This document shows, piece by piece, positions 21,379 to 30,719 of a DNA stretch of 64,000 nucleotides. Numbering within the stretch: the stretch's first letter is position 1; each line of letters opens with the position of its first letter. The notes beneath the pieces were generated by a model. The model ran no database searches, had not been told where the DNA came from, and saw only the letters and a list, made by a program, of their open reading frames with translations. The stretch lies in assembly GCA_965116405.1 (NCBI GenBank), contig OZ220685.1, forward strand, positions 1,875,492 through 1,939,491. Reading direction: 5' to 3'. A program made the position numbers and the translations under genes. This stretch comes from Dehalococcoidia bacterium (GTDB lineage Bacteria > Chloroflexota > Dehalococcoidia > Lucifugimonadales > UBA1123).

Positions 21379-22941
21379 TCAACCCAACTGCCTGAGCGTC
21401 CTGATCCTCCAGACTGCCAGTGAGAACAGCACCAGCATCGTCCCAGCCGCGATCTGTGTGGCGTGAGGCGCACCGAGACGCTCCGCCAGGAATCCGGAGG
21501 CAAGGCTTCCGAACGGGAACAGCCCCCACGTCAGCATGTACAGACCGGAGACCCTCCCCCTGTAATTGTCGGGAACCGTGCTCTGCACCGTTGCGCTGCT
21601 CACAGAGAACAGCGTCATCATCGCCGCGCTGATTACCATCAGGTTCAGATAGGCGGTGGGGAAGAAGGCGTTGAACGAGAACAGCACCGTGGTCAGCGCC
21701 AGCGCCACGGCCGCGCTCAGCATCACGATGTTCTTCGCCCTGATGTCACCCATGGAGGCAAGCACGAACGTGCCGACCGTTGAGCCGGCCCCGATTGCAG
21801 ACAGCAGCAGCCCCAGCCCTTTGGCGTCGACCTTGAACACCTCGGCGGCGTACACCGGCATCAAGCCCTGTATCGAAGGCATGATCAGCAGCGCGGGCAT
21901 GGCCGTCAGGGTGAACAGCCCGATCAACAGCGGCTGGCTGAGGACGTAGCGGGCGCCATCACGAAGGTCTGAGAACACCGTAGGCAGCCTCAGCGCGGGC
22001 CTGTCCGTCTTTCTCACTTCCAGGAAGAGTGCGGCGCCAACCGCGCACACCTGAAGGGCAGCTTCGAGCAGCAGTGTCGGCCCCGTCCCGATCATAACTA
22101 TCAGTACGCCGCCCAGCGCCGGTATGCCCAGCCGCGTCACCGAGAAGGCCATCGAGTTCAACGCAAAGGCGTTGACGAGGTTCTCTTTCGGAACGATGTT
22201 CGGGATGAGCGACATTCGCGCGGGGTCGCTGATAACCCACGACAGCCCCATGAAGAATATGAAGGCGAATATGTGCCACGCTTCGAGGTTCCCGGTGATG
22301 GCGACTATCGAGAAGACTGTGGTCACCACGGCCTGGTAGGCATATACGAACGCGAGTAGTTTTCGACGGTCGAAGTTGTCGACGAGCACACCGCCTATGG
22401 GGCCGACCAGGAGGATCGGGAGCGCGTCCAGGCCCAACGCCAGGCTCGTCCATAACGCCGATTCGGTGACCTCGTACGTCAGCCACCCGACTACGACCTG
22501 CTGCAGCCAGAACCCGGCAGACGAGAAGACCGTCGCCAGCCAGATGAAAACGTAGCTCCGGTAGCGCAGGGAGTCGAATGTGCGCACCCGCACCGGCATG
22601 TGTACGGGCTTGATGTGTGGACGACGGAGATGCGGCCGGAACTTGCGCCGGGAAGCCGGGACCGGCGAGGGCGTTTCGATAGCGCCCGTGAGCTCAGCAG
22701 CCGGTGAGTCCTCGGGTACAAGGCTCTTCACGTCGGCAGTGGCCGCGGACGTCTCGGCGCCGCTCTCCACCGACGGCATGGCTGCGACGTCGCTCTCGTT
22801 GCCGCCGACGTCAGTCGTCGGCACGAGACTCTTCACGTCGGGGGAGTCAACGGGAGGAGTAGTACCGATGGGTACTACGGGTGAATCGGACGAATCACAG
22901 CCAGCACGGCTGCGAGAATGAGACAATTCTCGTGCTTCCAA
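21379..22941 (-). CDS. MFS transporter; the ~115-aa low-complexity N-terminal extension is uncertain (alternative start 22599)
   Basis: 12-TM MFS-like core beginning ...FDSLRYRSYVFIWLATVFSSAGFW. The extension carries a duplicated DVKSLVP motif. Confidence 0.85.
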   Translation of the reverse strand: MEARELSHSRSRAGCDSSDSPVVPIGTTPPVDSPDVKSLVPTTDVGGNESDVAAMPSVESGAETSAATADVKSLVPEDSPAAELTGAIETPSPVPASRRKFRPHLRRPHIKPVHMPVRVRTFDSLRYRSYVFIWLATVFSSAGFWLQQVVVGWLTYEVTESALWTSLALGLDALPILLVGPIGGVLVDNFDRRKLLAFVYAYQAVVTTVFSIVAITGNLEAWHIFAFIFFMGLSWVISDPARMSLIPNIVPKENLVNAFALNSMAFSVTRLGIPALGGVLIVMIGTGPTLLLEAALQVCAVGAALFLEVRKTDRPALRLPTVFSDLRDGARYVLSQPLLIGLFTLTAMPALLIMPSIQGLMPVYAAEVFKVDAKGLGLLLSAIGAGSTVGTFVLASMGDIRAKNIVMLSAAVALALTTVLFSFNAFFPTAYLNLMVISAAMMTLFSVSSATVQSTVPDNYRGRVSGLYMLTWGLFPFGSLASGFLAERLGAPHATQIAAGTMLVLFSLAVWRIRTLRQLG

Positions 22942-23123
22942 GGAATTAGCGCTCCACGCAAGAGTTCAACCAAAAAACGATCAAACGAGGCGGGGCGTAG
23001 AGCGCGATCCTTGTAGTCGCGTTACGGCCTCTCGCCAATCCCTATTTTAGCACTTTCATGATTCTGACTTCACTAATTTAGGTCATATTTTTCTCAATTT
23101 TGTAAGAATATCTTGAGAGTGGT

Positions 23124-24068
23124 TCAGGCGTATTCCTTGATATGCCCGAAGATGCGCTCCAGCCGGACTCGGTCTGCCTCCCGGAGGTACGGACGCTCCA
23201 TCGCCCTGACGTTGGCCTCCATGTGCCCCAGGTTCGATGTGCCCGTGATGACGCTCGATATGGCGGGGTGGTCTGCCGCGAACTTGTACGCTGCGCTGAT
23301 CACCGAGTCCACGTCGTCCCGCACCAGCCACCCGAGCGGGTCCCTGTCAGGAATCGAGTCGCGTGACAGCAGGCCTCGTGACTTCCACTCGGCGATGGTC
23401 TCTTCGAGCAGGTCGGGCTTGGGCAGCCTGATCCTGACCGCCGCCATGTTTAGTATCCCCACATCGTGCGCAAGCGCGAGCGGCAGCACCTCCCGCGCCA
23501 TCCACTGGTTGAGGATGCCGAACTTCAGCATGACCACATCCCAGAAGTCTGGAGCGCGCTTCAGCCCGGCCAGCGCGCCCTGCTGGTCGGGATCGACGAT
23601 GTATCTCAGGCTGAATCCACGATGGCCGATCTTGCCCTGCTCCCGCAGCCGGTCGAACACAGGACCATACTTCTCCACGGCCATATCATGGTGCTCGGCA
23701 AGGAGGCCGTGCAGCATCATCACGTCGATGTGGTCGGTGTTGAGGCTGCGCAGGCTGTTCTCGACTGAGCGAGCCAGGTCCTCGGGGTCTGCGGTGGGAT
23801 CTCCGTCTCTCGGATAGGTCCACTTGGTGACCAGCACGTAGCGGTCCCTTGGAATGCCCTTCAGCGAACGTCCCAGGATCTCTTCGCTGTCCCCATAACC
23901 CTCGTGGGTGTCGAACAGGTTGATTCCAAGGTCAAAGCATCGGTGGATGAGCCTGTCCTGTTCAGCCTGGGTCGCGCCCCGACGCTGCCCGAACTGGCTG
24001 GGGCCGCCTGTGCCCTGGCTTAGAAGAGAGACCCTGAGGCCCGTCCTCCCGAGAGTGCGATAGTGCAT
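23124..24068 (-). CDS. aldo/keto reductase
   Basis: MHYRTLGRTGLRVSLLSQGTGG... and overall AKR-like organisation. Confidence 0.88.
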   Translation of the reverse strand: MHYRTLGRTGLRVSLLSQGTGGPSQFGQRRGATQAEQDRLIHRCFDLGINLFDTHEGYGDSEEILGRSLKGIPRDRYVLVTKWTYPRDGDPTADPEDLARSVENSLRSLNTDHIDVMMLHGLLAEHHDMAVEKYGPVFDRLREQGKIGHRGFSLRYIVDPDQQGALAGLKRAPDFWDVVMLKFGILNQWMAREVLPLALAHDVGILNMAAVRIRLPKPDLLEETIAEWKSRGLLSRDSIPDRDPLGWLVRDDVDSVISAAYKFAADHPAISSVITGTSNLGHMEANVRAMERPYLREADRVRLERIFGHIKEYA

Positions 24069-24074
24069 GGACAG

Positions 24075-24863
24075 CTACATGCCGTGGCGGCCCTGCCACA
24101 GGCGTCGTTCCACGTCCGCGGCTATGGAACCGACGAGGCTGTCCGTCAGAGGGGCCGTTAGCCTCTCCACGAGGTTGCGCTGCGGCCTCAGGTACACCGT
24201 TCTCTTGGATATCCCAGCGGCCTTGGCGGCCATGTCGAGCGCGCGGTCGAGGTCGCCGACTTCGTCTACGAGCCCAAGCTCGGCGGCCCTCGTTGCAAGG
24301 TATACCTCGCCGGTCGCGATCTCTCGCACTCGCTCCTCTTCGATGTTGCGGCTCTCGGAGACGATGTTGACGAACGAGCTGTACATGTCGTCGACCAGCT
24401 CCTGCAGCTTCGCCTCTTCCTCTGGCGTCGTCTCACGCCACGGCGCACCCATGTCCTTGAATTCACCGCTCTTGTTGACGTTCACTCCGATCCCGGCGCG
24501 TTCGAGCAGTTCCTGCAGCGCGGGTCTTACAGAGATCACGCCGATCGAGCCGACGATCGATCCCTGCGCAGCCACTATCTGGTGCGCTGCGCAGGCGATC
24601 ATGTAGCCGCCGGAAGCGCCAATTCCGCGTATGTTCGCGACCAGCGGTCTCCGTCGGGCGATCCTCTTTAGGGCGCGGTAGATGTAGTCCGAGGCGGCGG
24701 CGTCTCCGCCGGGGGAGTCGATGTCCAACACCACGGCGCGCATCCGCTTGTCCTCTAGGATGCGGTTGACCAGCTTCTCCATGTCGGTTGACTTGATCTT
24801 GCCGCCGATTCCGCCGTGAATCTCGACGACGGCGATCTTGTTGATAACTTTCGCAACGAGCAT
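24075..24863 (-). CDS. sppA: signal peptide peptidase SppA (S49, 36K type)
   Basis: VVLDIDSPGGDAAASD and GASGGYMIACAA motifs. Confidence 0.88.
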   Translation of the reverse strand: MLVAKVINKIAVVEIHGGIGGKIKSTDMEKLVNRILEDKRMRAVVLDIDSPGGDAAASDYIYRALKRIARRRPLVANIRGIGASGGYMIACAAHQIVAAQGSIVGSIGVISVRPALQELLERAGIGVNVNKSGEFKDMGAPWRETTPEEEAKLQELVDDMYSSFVNIVSESRNIEEERVREIATGEVYLATRAAELGLVDEVGDLDRALDMAAKAAGISKRTVYLRPQRNLVERLTAPLTDSLVGSIAADVERRLWQGRHGM

Positions 24864-24900
24864 GGTGTGGCCTCGTGTAATGGACTTCAGCGCGTCAGCC

Positions 24901-24926
24901 CGTCATTCCCGCGAAAGCGGGAATCC
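24901..24926. repeat. hairpin repeat module A (CGTCATTCCCGCGAAAGCGGGAATCC)
   Basis: 7-bp stem TTCCCGC/GCGGGAA, intergenic between the sulfatase and sppA genes. Related copies are at 2590-2616 and 46369-46395. Confidence 0.8.
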
Positions 24927-24973
24927 ATAGGCCGGTATATTGGTGAGTCTAAATAGTCAAGAGTCCCTGGACT

Positions 24974-26611
24974 TCAGCCGGACATATGGGCGCTGCCGGA
25001 CCTCATTGCGGGGTTCCAGCCAGGGTTTATGACCGACCACGGCAGCACCCCGCATCGTTCGGCCCACTCTTCGTATATTCTCTCGAACTCCTGGGCCTTG
25101 GGCCTGTTTGTAGTGTACAGGTCGTCAAGCTCTGTGCGGTCGCGCTCCATGTCATAGAGCTCCCAACCGCCCCCGATAGCTGACACGAGCTTCCACTGGC
25201 CCTGTCTGACCGCCCGGCTGCCCTCGTGTTCCCACACTATCGGACGTTCCCGCTCCCAGTCTCTGCGCTGGATTGCGGGCAGCATGCTCTCGCCTTCCAG
25301 TGGAATGGTCTGCTGTCCGGCGCGCTCGGTCGGGTGCCCGGCTCCTGCGGCCTCCAGGCAGGTGGGCATGATGTCGATGAGGTGCACGGGCGAGTGTACT
25401 ATGCCGGGCTCGCTTATCCTCGCAGGCCAGCTCAGGATGAACGGCGTCGATATCCCGCCCTCATGCGTCCACCGCTTGTATCGGCGGAACGGCGTGTTCG
25501 ATGCGTTCGCCCACGGCAGGTCGTAGCTCATGAAGGTCTGGGCGCCGCCGGGTCGTAGCCCGGGGATGTTGCCTACGACTACCGGCGTGCCGTCCGGGTT
25601 TACCCCGCCGTACCTCGCCGGCTGGGGCATACTGCCGTCTTCGGCAAGGAACTCGGCGCATCCGCCGTTGTCAGACATGAACATGATGAGAGTGTTGTCG
25701 TCTATACCCGCCGACCTCAGGGCAGCAAGAATCCTGCCCACGCCCTGATCGACGCGGTCGATCTGCGCGGCGTACACCGCCATGCGGATGTCCTCCCAGT
25801 CCGGGTCGGCTACATCGTCCCAGGGAGGGCTGTCCGCATCGCGAGGGCTTATCTCCCACTTCTCGTCCAACACACCCTCGGCCTTCAGCTTCTCGTGTCG
25901 GCTGGTGCGCAGCTCCTCCCAGCCGCCTCGATACTGACCCTCGTAGCGCGCGATGTCTTCCTCGAGGGCGTGCAGCGGCCAGTGTGGAGCGGTGTAGGTG
26001 ACGTACATGAAGAACGGGCTGTCCTCCGCAACCGCTTCGCCGATCATGTTAACCGCGTTGTCGCTGATAGCGTCGGTGAGGTAGAAGTCGTCGAGTTCGG
26101 ACAGCGGCACTAGCGTGTCCTGGTCCATCAGCGTCTTCGGGAAGTAGAAGTTGCCCGCTCCGGTCAGAATGCCGAAGTAGCGGTCGAAGCCGCGCTGCGT
26201 CGGGGTTGGGAACCCGGGAGCGGCGGGTGTCCACGAGTCGGGATCGGCTAGGTTGTAGTCGCCGCCCACGTGCCACTTGCCGGACATGAAGGTGGAGTAG
26301 CCATCGGCCTTGAGCGCCTCGGCAACCGTTACAGCGTTTTCCTTCAGGAAGCCCTGGTACTCCGGCACTCCGAGGTTCGCGACCATGTGCCCGACACCGG
26401 CCTGGTGCGGGTTGAGCCCGGTCAGCAGCGCGGCCCTCGATGGACAGCATCGCGCCGAGTTGTACATCTGCGAAAACCGCAGCCCGCCTTCGGCGAGTGA
26501 GTCCAGGTTCGGAGTTCGTATCTCAGACCCGAAGCATCCAATGTCCGAGTACCCCATGTCATCCACAAGGATGACGATGATGTTCGGTCTGCCGGATGCG
26601 CCTTCGGGCAT
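24974..26611 (-). CDS. arylsulfatase (Cys-type, formylglycine motif CCPSR)
   Basis: PNIIVILVDDMGYSDIG ... SARCCPSRAALLTG. No obvious signal peptide. Confidence 0.9.
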   Translation of the reverse strand: MPEGASGRPNIIVILVDDMGYSDIGCFGSEIRTPNLDSLAEGGLRFSQMYNSARCCPSRAALLTGLNPHQAGVGHMVANLGVPEYQGFLKENAVTVAEALKADGYSTFMSGKWHVGGDYNLADPDSWTPAAPGFPTPTQRGFDRYFGILTGAGNFYFPKTLMDQDTLVPLSELDDFYLTDAISDNAVNMIGEAVAEDSPFFMYVTYTAPHWPLHALEEDIARYEGQYRGGWEELRTSRHEKLKAEGVLDEKWEISPRDADSPPWDDVADPDWEDIRMAVYAAQIDRVDQGVGRILAALRSAGIDDNTLIMFMSDNGGCAEFLAEDGSMPQPARYGGVNPDGTPVVVGNIPGLRPGGAQTFMSYDLPWANASNTPFRRYKRWTHEGGISTPFILSWPARISEPGIVHSPVHLIDIMPTCLEAAGAGHPTERAGQQTIPLEGESMLPAIQRRDWERERPIVWEHEGSRAVRQGQWKLVSAIGGGWELYDMERDRTELDDLYTTNRPKAQEFERIYEEWAERCGVLPWSVINPGWNPAMRSGSAHMSG

Positions 26612-26630
26612 ATTGGACTCCTGGTTGTAA

Positions 26631-26660
26631 GTAGGGGCAGGTGTCGAACCTGCCCCTGTT
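26631..26660. repeat. 10-bp-stem hairpin element (AGGGGCAGGT-GTCGA-ACCTGCCCCT), probable terminator of the DUF3179 gene
   Basis: Perfect inverted repeat between the DUF3179 stop and the sulfatase start. The sequence type resembles widely seen GC-rich extragenic hairpins. Confidence 0.6.
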
Positions 26661-26714
26661 AGAGAGCCTGAGTTGGTCTTGCGCTCGGAGTCTAAGAGTC
26701 CCGGAGAAATGGTG

Positions 26715-28016
26715 TCAACCCGTGAACAGCTCCGTATCGCGGTACCAGTCCGTCCACGCGAACCAGAACGACAGGTGCGATGGAAGACGCTCGAGCCTCG
26801 CGCCGGATAGCTCCCCCTCGACAGCCAGGCCGCTGAACGCCGACCACTTCGTTCCGGTCTCTTCGTCGACCAGCTTTGTCAGAATGCCGTTCGGCTCACC
26901 GTCTATGGAGAATGTCAGCGTGCGGTCGTCCACGGTCCGATCGAAGACCAGCGCCGTTCCGGTTGGACCGTCCATGTACACCAGCGCGGGCTGACCGCCG
27001 ACGTCGTCGTTCACAACTGGGGTGTTGAGTAGGGTGGAAGTCGGGTAAGCCTTGGTGACGCCGTTGAAGTCCACCCCGACCACCAGCGCCTTCGTGCCGA
27101 GTCTGTCGTCTTCGTGTGCCCGGCCGATTACGCCCGGCCTGTTGCTCATGTAGTAGCCGTTGTAGTTGTCGTACCTGGCCAGACCGCCCGTCGACATGAC
27201 CTTGGTATCGGGATGAAGCTCCTTCCAGGTCGCCCACGTCGTCTGGGTTACGGGGACAACGTCCAGCTCCACGTCCTTCAGTTCACCCTCAACGCCCTTC
27301 CTGAGGAACTGGCTCCAGAGGGTGCGCGTCTGGTGGTCGTACATCACCAGCGCGTTCATGATCAGCTTGCCGGATACGCCGAAGGTGTACTCTTCGTCTT
27401 CGATGGTGCGGCTATACACGATAGCCGAGAAGCAGAGTGGTCACCACGTCACCGCGACAGGTTTACCTCCAACGGTATCGTTGACTATCTCGTGCGCGCT
27501 GAGGGTCGGGATCGAGTATGCCCGGTGGTCGCCGTTGATAGAGAGTCCGAGCACCAGGTTGTGGTCTTCGAGCTCCTCTGAGGCAACTTCGGCGCTGACG
27601 AACTCCGGTTCGAGAATCGCCGGAATCGCGTCGAAAGGCAGCAGCGTTACGATCTCCAGGTCTCGCTCCTCGTCCTCCGACGTCACGGTTGCCGGAGCCG
27701 CCGCATCTGACGTAGCCGCGCTAGGGGGCGCGGCCGTTGGTGCAGGAGCCGAAGTGGATGTCGGTGCCGGCGTTGCGGGCACCGACGTCGATGTCGAGAC
27801 TGCCGCGGCTGTTGGGGGCGGCGCGGTCGGCGCCGCCGGGGCACTCGTGGGTGGAGGCGCTGTCGGTTGCGCTCGCGCGCTCGTGGCTGGCGCCGTAGTC
27901 GGTGCTTCCTGAGGCTCCGCCTGCTGCGGAGTTACATCCTCACTGCTGGAGCAGGCGACCGCCAGGGCGACGAGGCAGACTGCTACCAGCACAATTATCC
28001 ATGTTATTTTGGGCAT
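26715..28016 (-). CDS. DUF3179-domain lipoprotein with in-frame TGA (27441-27443), candidate selenocysteine (U-P-L-C)
   Basis: Track ORFs 27441..28016 and 26715..27419 share one frame and are separated only by TGA plus 7 sense codons. The read-through gives ...GGKPVAVTW-U-PLCFSAIVYSRT... The N-terminus has a lipobox (LAVAC) and an Ala/Pro/Thr linker. Confidence 0.7.
27409..27427 (-). promoter_or_regulatory. SECIS-like hairpin 13 nt downstream of the in-frame UGA
   Basis: CGGCUAU-CGUGU-AUAGCCG on the mRNA strand: a perfect 7-bp stem with a 5-nt G/U-containing loop. Confidence 0.5.
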
Positions 28017-28095
28017 GTCGTGAAAAACTCCCCACTTTGAGGCTCGATATGCCTTTAGATGCTGGCAATACCCTGCGCGGTTCGGGTCGTGATGT

Positions 28096-28803
28096 CTAGC
28101 TGATCTGACGCGGTGAGGGTCCCCAGCGCTTTTCGTGGGAGGCCACGAGGTCCGTCAACTCTTCCCGGTAGGAGTCGCTCCTGATCGGTACTGTCGTCAT
28201 GATCAACGCGTCTTCGCGATTGTCGGAGTAGTAGCCCTTGCGTGTGCCCCTCTCAGTGAACTTGTACTTCTTGTAGAGGTTCTGCGCCACGTAGTTCGAG
28301 ACCCGCACCTCGAGCGTCACCACCCGCGAGTCCATCTCGAGGGCCTGCTCGATAGCCGAAATCAGCAGAAGCTCACCCAGCCCGTAGCCGCGATACTCGC
28401 TCCTGACCCCGATGGACACGATGTGCGCCTCGTCGACCATGTACCACAGGCCCACGAAGCCGACGATGAGGTCCTCACCCGGCTGCCACGATGGATTGCG
28501 TCCCCTCCACATGTGGCGCGCGCCGGTCACCAGGCGGTTGAACAGGGGGCCATTGGGCGTCTCGGCGGACAGATCGGGGAGGGGAGGTAGATCACCCTCG
28601 TCGCCAGAACTCTCCCCTCGGCGCGACAGCACGAGATACCGGGCTATCCTGTTTCGCAGCTCGCGCCTGAAAGATGTGGGCGGAAAGAGTGTCGGAAAGG
28701 CGTCCTTCTCTACCTCGGCAGCCTGTCCAAGGTCGCGCTCCTCCATCGGACGAACGGTAAACGGTCGCGCCGTTGTAGGAGACTGTCTCCGGACCGCGCT
28801 CAC
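28096..28803 (-). CDS. GNAT N-acetyltransferase, RimI-like
   Basis: VRPMEERDLGQAAEVEKDAFP ... IGVRSEYRGYGLGELLL, a typical GNAT core. Confidence 0.78.
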   Translation of the reverse strand: MSAVRRQSPTTARPFTVRPMEERDLGQAAEVEKDAFPTLFPPTSFRRELRNRIARYLVLSRRGESSGDEGDLPPLPDLSAETPNGPLFNRLVTGARHMWRGRNPSWQPGEDLIVGFVGLWYMVDEAHIVSIGVRSEYRGYGLGELLLISAIEQALEMDSRVVTLEVRVSNYVAQNLYKKYKFTERGTRKGYYSDNREDALIMTTVPIRSDSYREELTDLVASHEKRWGPSPRQIS

Positions 28804-28843
28804 GACAGTTGCGCTGTCCTGGCTCTGAGCGGGAAGGGGCGGC

Positions 28844-28875
28844 TCTCACTCCTCACTTTTCTTCACTCACTCCTC
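28844..28875 (-). repeat. purine-rich GAGTGAG-type intergenic repeat
   Basis: The reverse complement is GAGGAGTGAGTGAAGAAAAGTGAGGAGTGAGAG, between folD and the GNAT gene. Confidence 0.65.
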
Positions 28876-29765
28876 AGATCCGGGTGCATGAAGAACCGCG
28901 CCGACTTCAGCGTGTTGTTCAGCAGCATCGCGATGGTCATTGGGCCCACGCCGCCGGGCACCGGCGTGATCGCCGATGCCTTCTCCCTGACCGCGTCGTA
29001 GTCAACGTCCCCGACCAGCCGGTAGCCCCGCCTGCGTTCGGGAGCGTCTATCCGGTTGATGCCGACGTCGATCACCACCACACCGTCGCTGACCATGTCC
29101 GCTGTCAGGAACCTGGCCCTGCCTATGGCCGCGATGATGATGTCGGCCTGTCGCGTGAGGTTTTCGAGGTCTCGCGTGCGGGTGTGGCACACGGTCACGG
29201 TCGAGTTGGCGTCGCTTGCCCTCTGCATCAGCAGGTTTGCGATGGGCTTGCCGACGATGTTCGACCTTCCCAGGACAACAACGTGCTTGCCCTCCGTGCC
29301 TATCCCGGTACGCAAGATCATCTGCTGTATTCCAGCCGGAGTCGCGGGTACGAACCTCGGCCTCCCCGCTGCCAGCAGTCCCATGTTGAACGGATGAAGC
29401 CCGTCCACGTCCTTCTCCGGCGAAATGGCCTCCATGACGGTGTCTTCGTCCAGGTGGTCAGGCAGCGGAAGCTGTACGAGCAGCCCGTGAATGCGGCTGT
29501 CCTCGTTAATCCTGCGGACCTCGCCCAGCACCTCGTCCATGGACGAGGTGGATGGGAGCGTGACCGATTCAGAGAACATTCCCGCCGCCTCCGCGGCGAG
29601 TCCCTTGTTACGCACGTAAACCGCTGAGGCCGGATCGTCCCCCACAAGCACGACCGCGAGTCCTGGGACCACGTCGTGCTTGGTGCGCATCTCCTCTACA
29701 CCCTCGGCGACCTCGGCGCGTATCTCCTCGGCCAGACGCGTTCCACTGATCACACTCGCGGTCAT
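28863..29765 (-). CDS. folD: bifunctional methylenetetrahydrofolate dehydrogenase/cyclohydrolase
   Basis: VLVGDDPASAVYVRNK, GRSNIVGKP, PVPGGVGPMTIAML. Confidence 0.95.
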   Translation of the reverse strand: MTASVISGTRLAEEIRAEVAEGVEEMRTKHDVVPGLAVVLVGDDPASAVYVRNKGLAAEAAGMFSESVTLPSTSSMDEVLGEVRRINEDSRIHGLLVQLPLPDHLDEDTVMEAISPEKDVDGLHPFNMGLLAAGRPRFVPATPAGIQQMILRTGIGTEGKHVVVLGRSNIVGKPIANLLMQRASDANSTVTVCHTRTRDLENLTRQADIIIAAIGRARFLTADMVSDGVVVIDVGINRIDAPERRRGYRLVGDVDYDAVREKASAITPVPGGVGPMTIAMLLNNTLKSARFFMHPDLRSE

Positions 29766-29885
29766 CGGGCGGCTCTCCCCTCACTACGTCACCCCGTACC
29801 ACGATACGGGGCAGGTGCATCAATTATAACGGCGCAACCCAATGCTGGGTATAATGACCGGGTTGAACGTGGATCGAGGTCAACC

Positions 29886-30275
29886 TTGCTGATTACCGGC
29901 GTAGACATAATCGAGATCCCCAGGATCAGGCGAGTGTTCGAGCAGTACGGAGAGCGTTTTCTCCGTCGTATCTACACTGACCGCGAGATCGCCTACTGCC
30001 GGGGCCGCGCGCCTCAGCTCGCAAGTCGTTTCGCTGCCAAAGAGGCGACCATGAAGGCGCTCGGGACTGGCGTGCGCGGCATCCGCTGGCGAGACATTGA
30101 AGTAGTGCGCGGCCGCGGGCAGGCTCCGAGGATCGAACTCCACGGCACCGCGCAGGCCAGGGCCGACAGGCTGGGACTGACCGACATCGCACTATCCCTT
30201 AGCCACTCACGGGAGTTCGCTGTCGCGTCCGTGGTAGGGGATAGTGAAAAGGGCAACATTCTGAGCAGACGATAG
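29886..30275 (+). CDS. acpS: holo-[acyl-carrier-protein] synthase
   Basis: From the TTG at 29886: LITGVDIIEIPRIRRV ... FAAKEATMKALG ... SLSHSREFAVA. The track ORF start (29676) would overlap folD and is unlikely. Confidence 0.85.
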   Translation: MLITGVDIIEIPRIRRVFEQYGERFLRRIYTDREIAYCRGRAPQLASRFAAKEATMKALGTGVRGIRWRDIEVVRGRGQAPRIELHGTAQARADRLGLTDIALSLSHSREFAVASVVGDSEKGNILSRR

Positions 30276-30297
30276 TTCACCGACAGGAAGAAGAGCA

Positions 30298-30717
30298 GTG
30301 CTTTACGTATCCATCCTCACATCTGACAGGACAAAGGACCCAGAGCTGTGGGCCACGATCTGGCAGGGCAACCCGCCTCCGAGCATCAACCTAATCGGCG
30401 CGTACAACCTCGGCAACGACAAGCGTGTCTTCATCTGGGAGGGAGAGTCTCTCGCGGACATTCAGTTCATGGACCGCTTCAACGAGGTCGGTGTGCTCGA
30501 GACTAACCCAGCGTTCAACCGCACCGAGGGCTGGCGGGCCGCGTTCGCCAAGGACATCGACGGCTTCAGGGCAAGACTCGAAGGATCTGGCACGACAGCG
30601 GCGGCAAGCGTGGAGTCGGCCGTCGACCTCAGAAGCCGGGGGATGAACGCGCCAAACCGCAATGCTGCTCGTGCCGCCGCCAGACAATGGGTAGCTGAAC
30701 AGGAGTCAGGGGACTGA
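30298..30717 (+). CDS. hypothetical protein
   Basis: 139-aa ORF (GTG start) tightly packed before the LLM oxidoreductase gene. I recognise no motif. Confidence 0.5.
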   Translation: MLYVSILTSDRTKDPELWATIWQGNPPPSINLIGAYNLGNDKRVFIWEGESLADIQFMDRFNEVGVLETNPAFNRTEGWRAAFAKDIDGFRARLEGSGTTAAASVESAVDLRSRGMNAPNRNAARAAARQWVAEQESGD

Positions 30718-30719
30718 TC

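Noticed and set aside
26715-27419. Treating the two DUF3179 ORFs as a pseudogene or as two separate genes
   Set aside because: There is a single TGA exactly at the conserved Cys position, an intact frame on both sides, and a hairpin at SECIS distance. These fit recoding better. A pseudogene is still possible and is listed under what would refute the finding.
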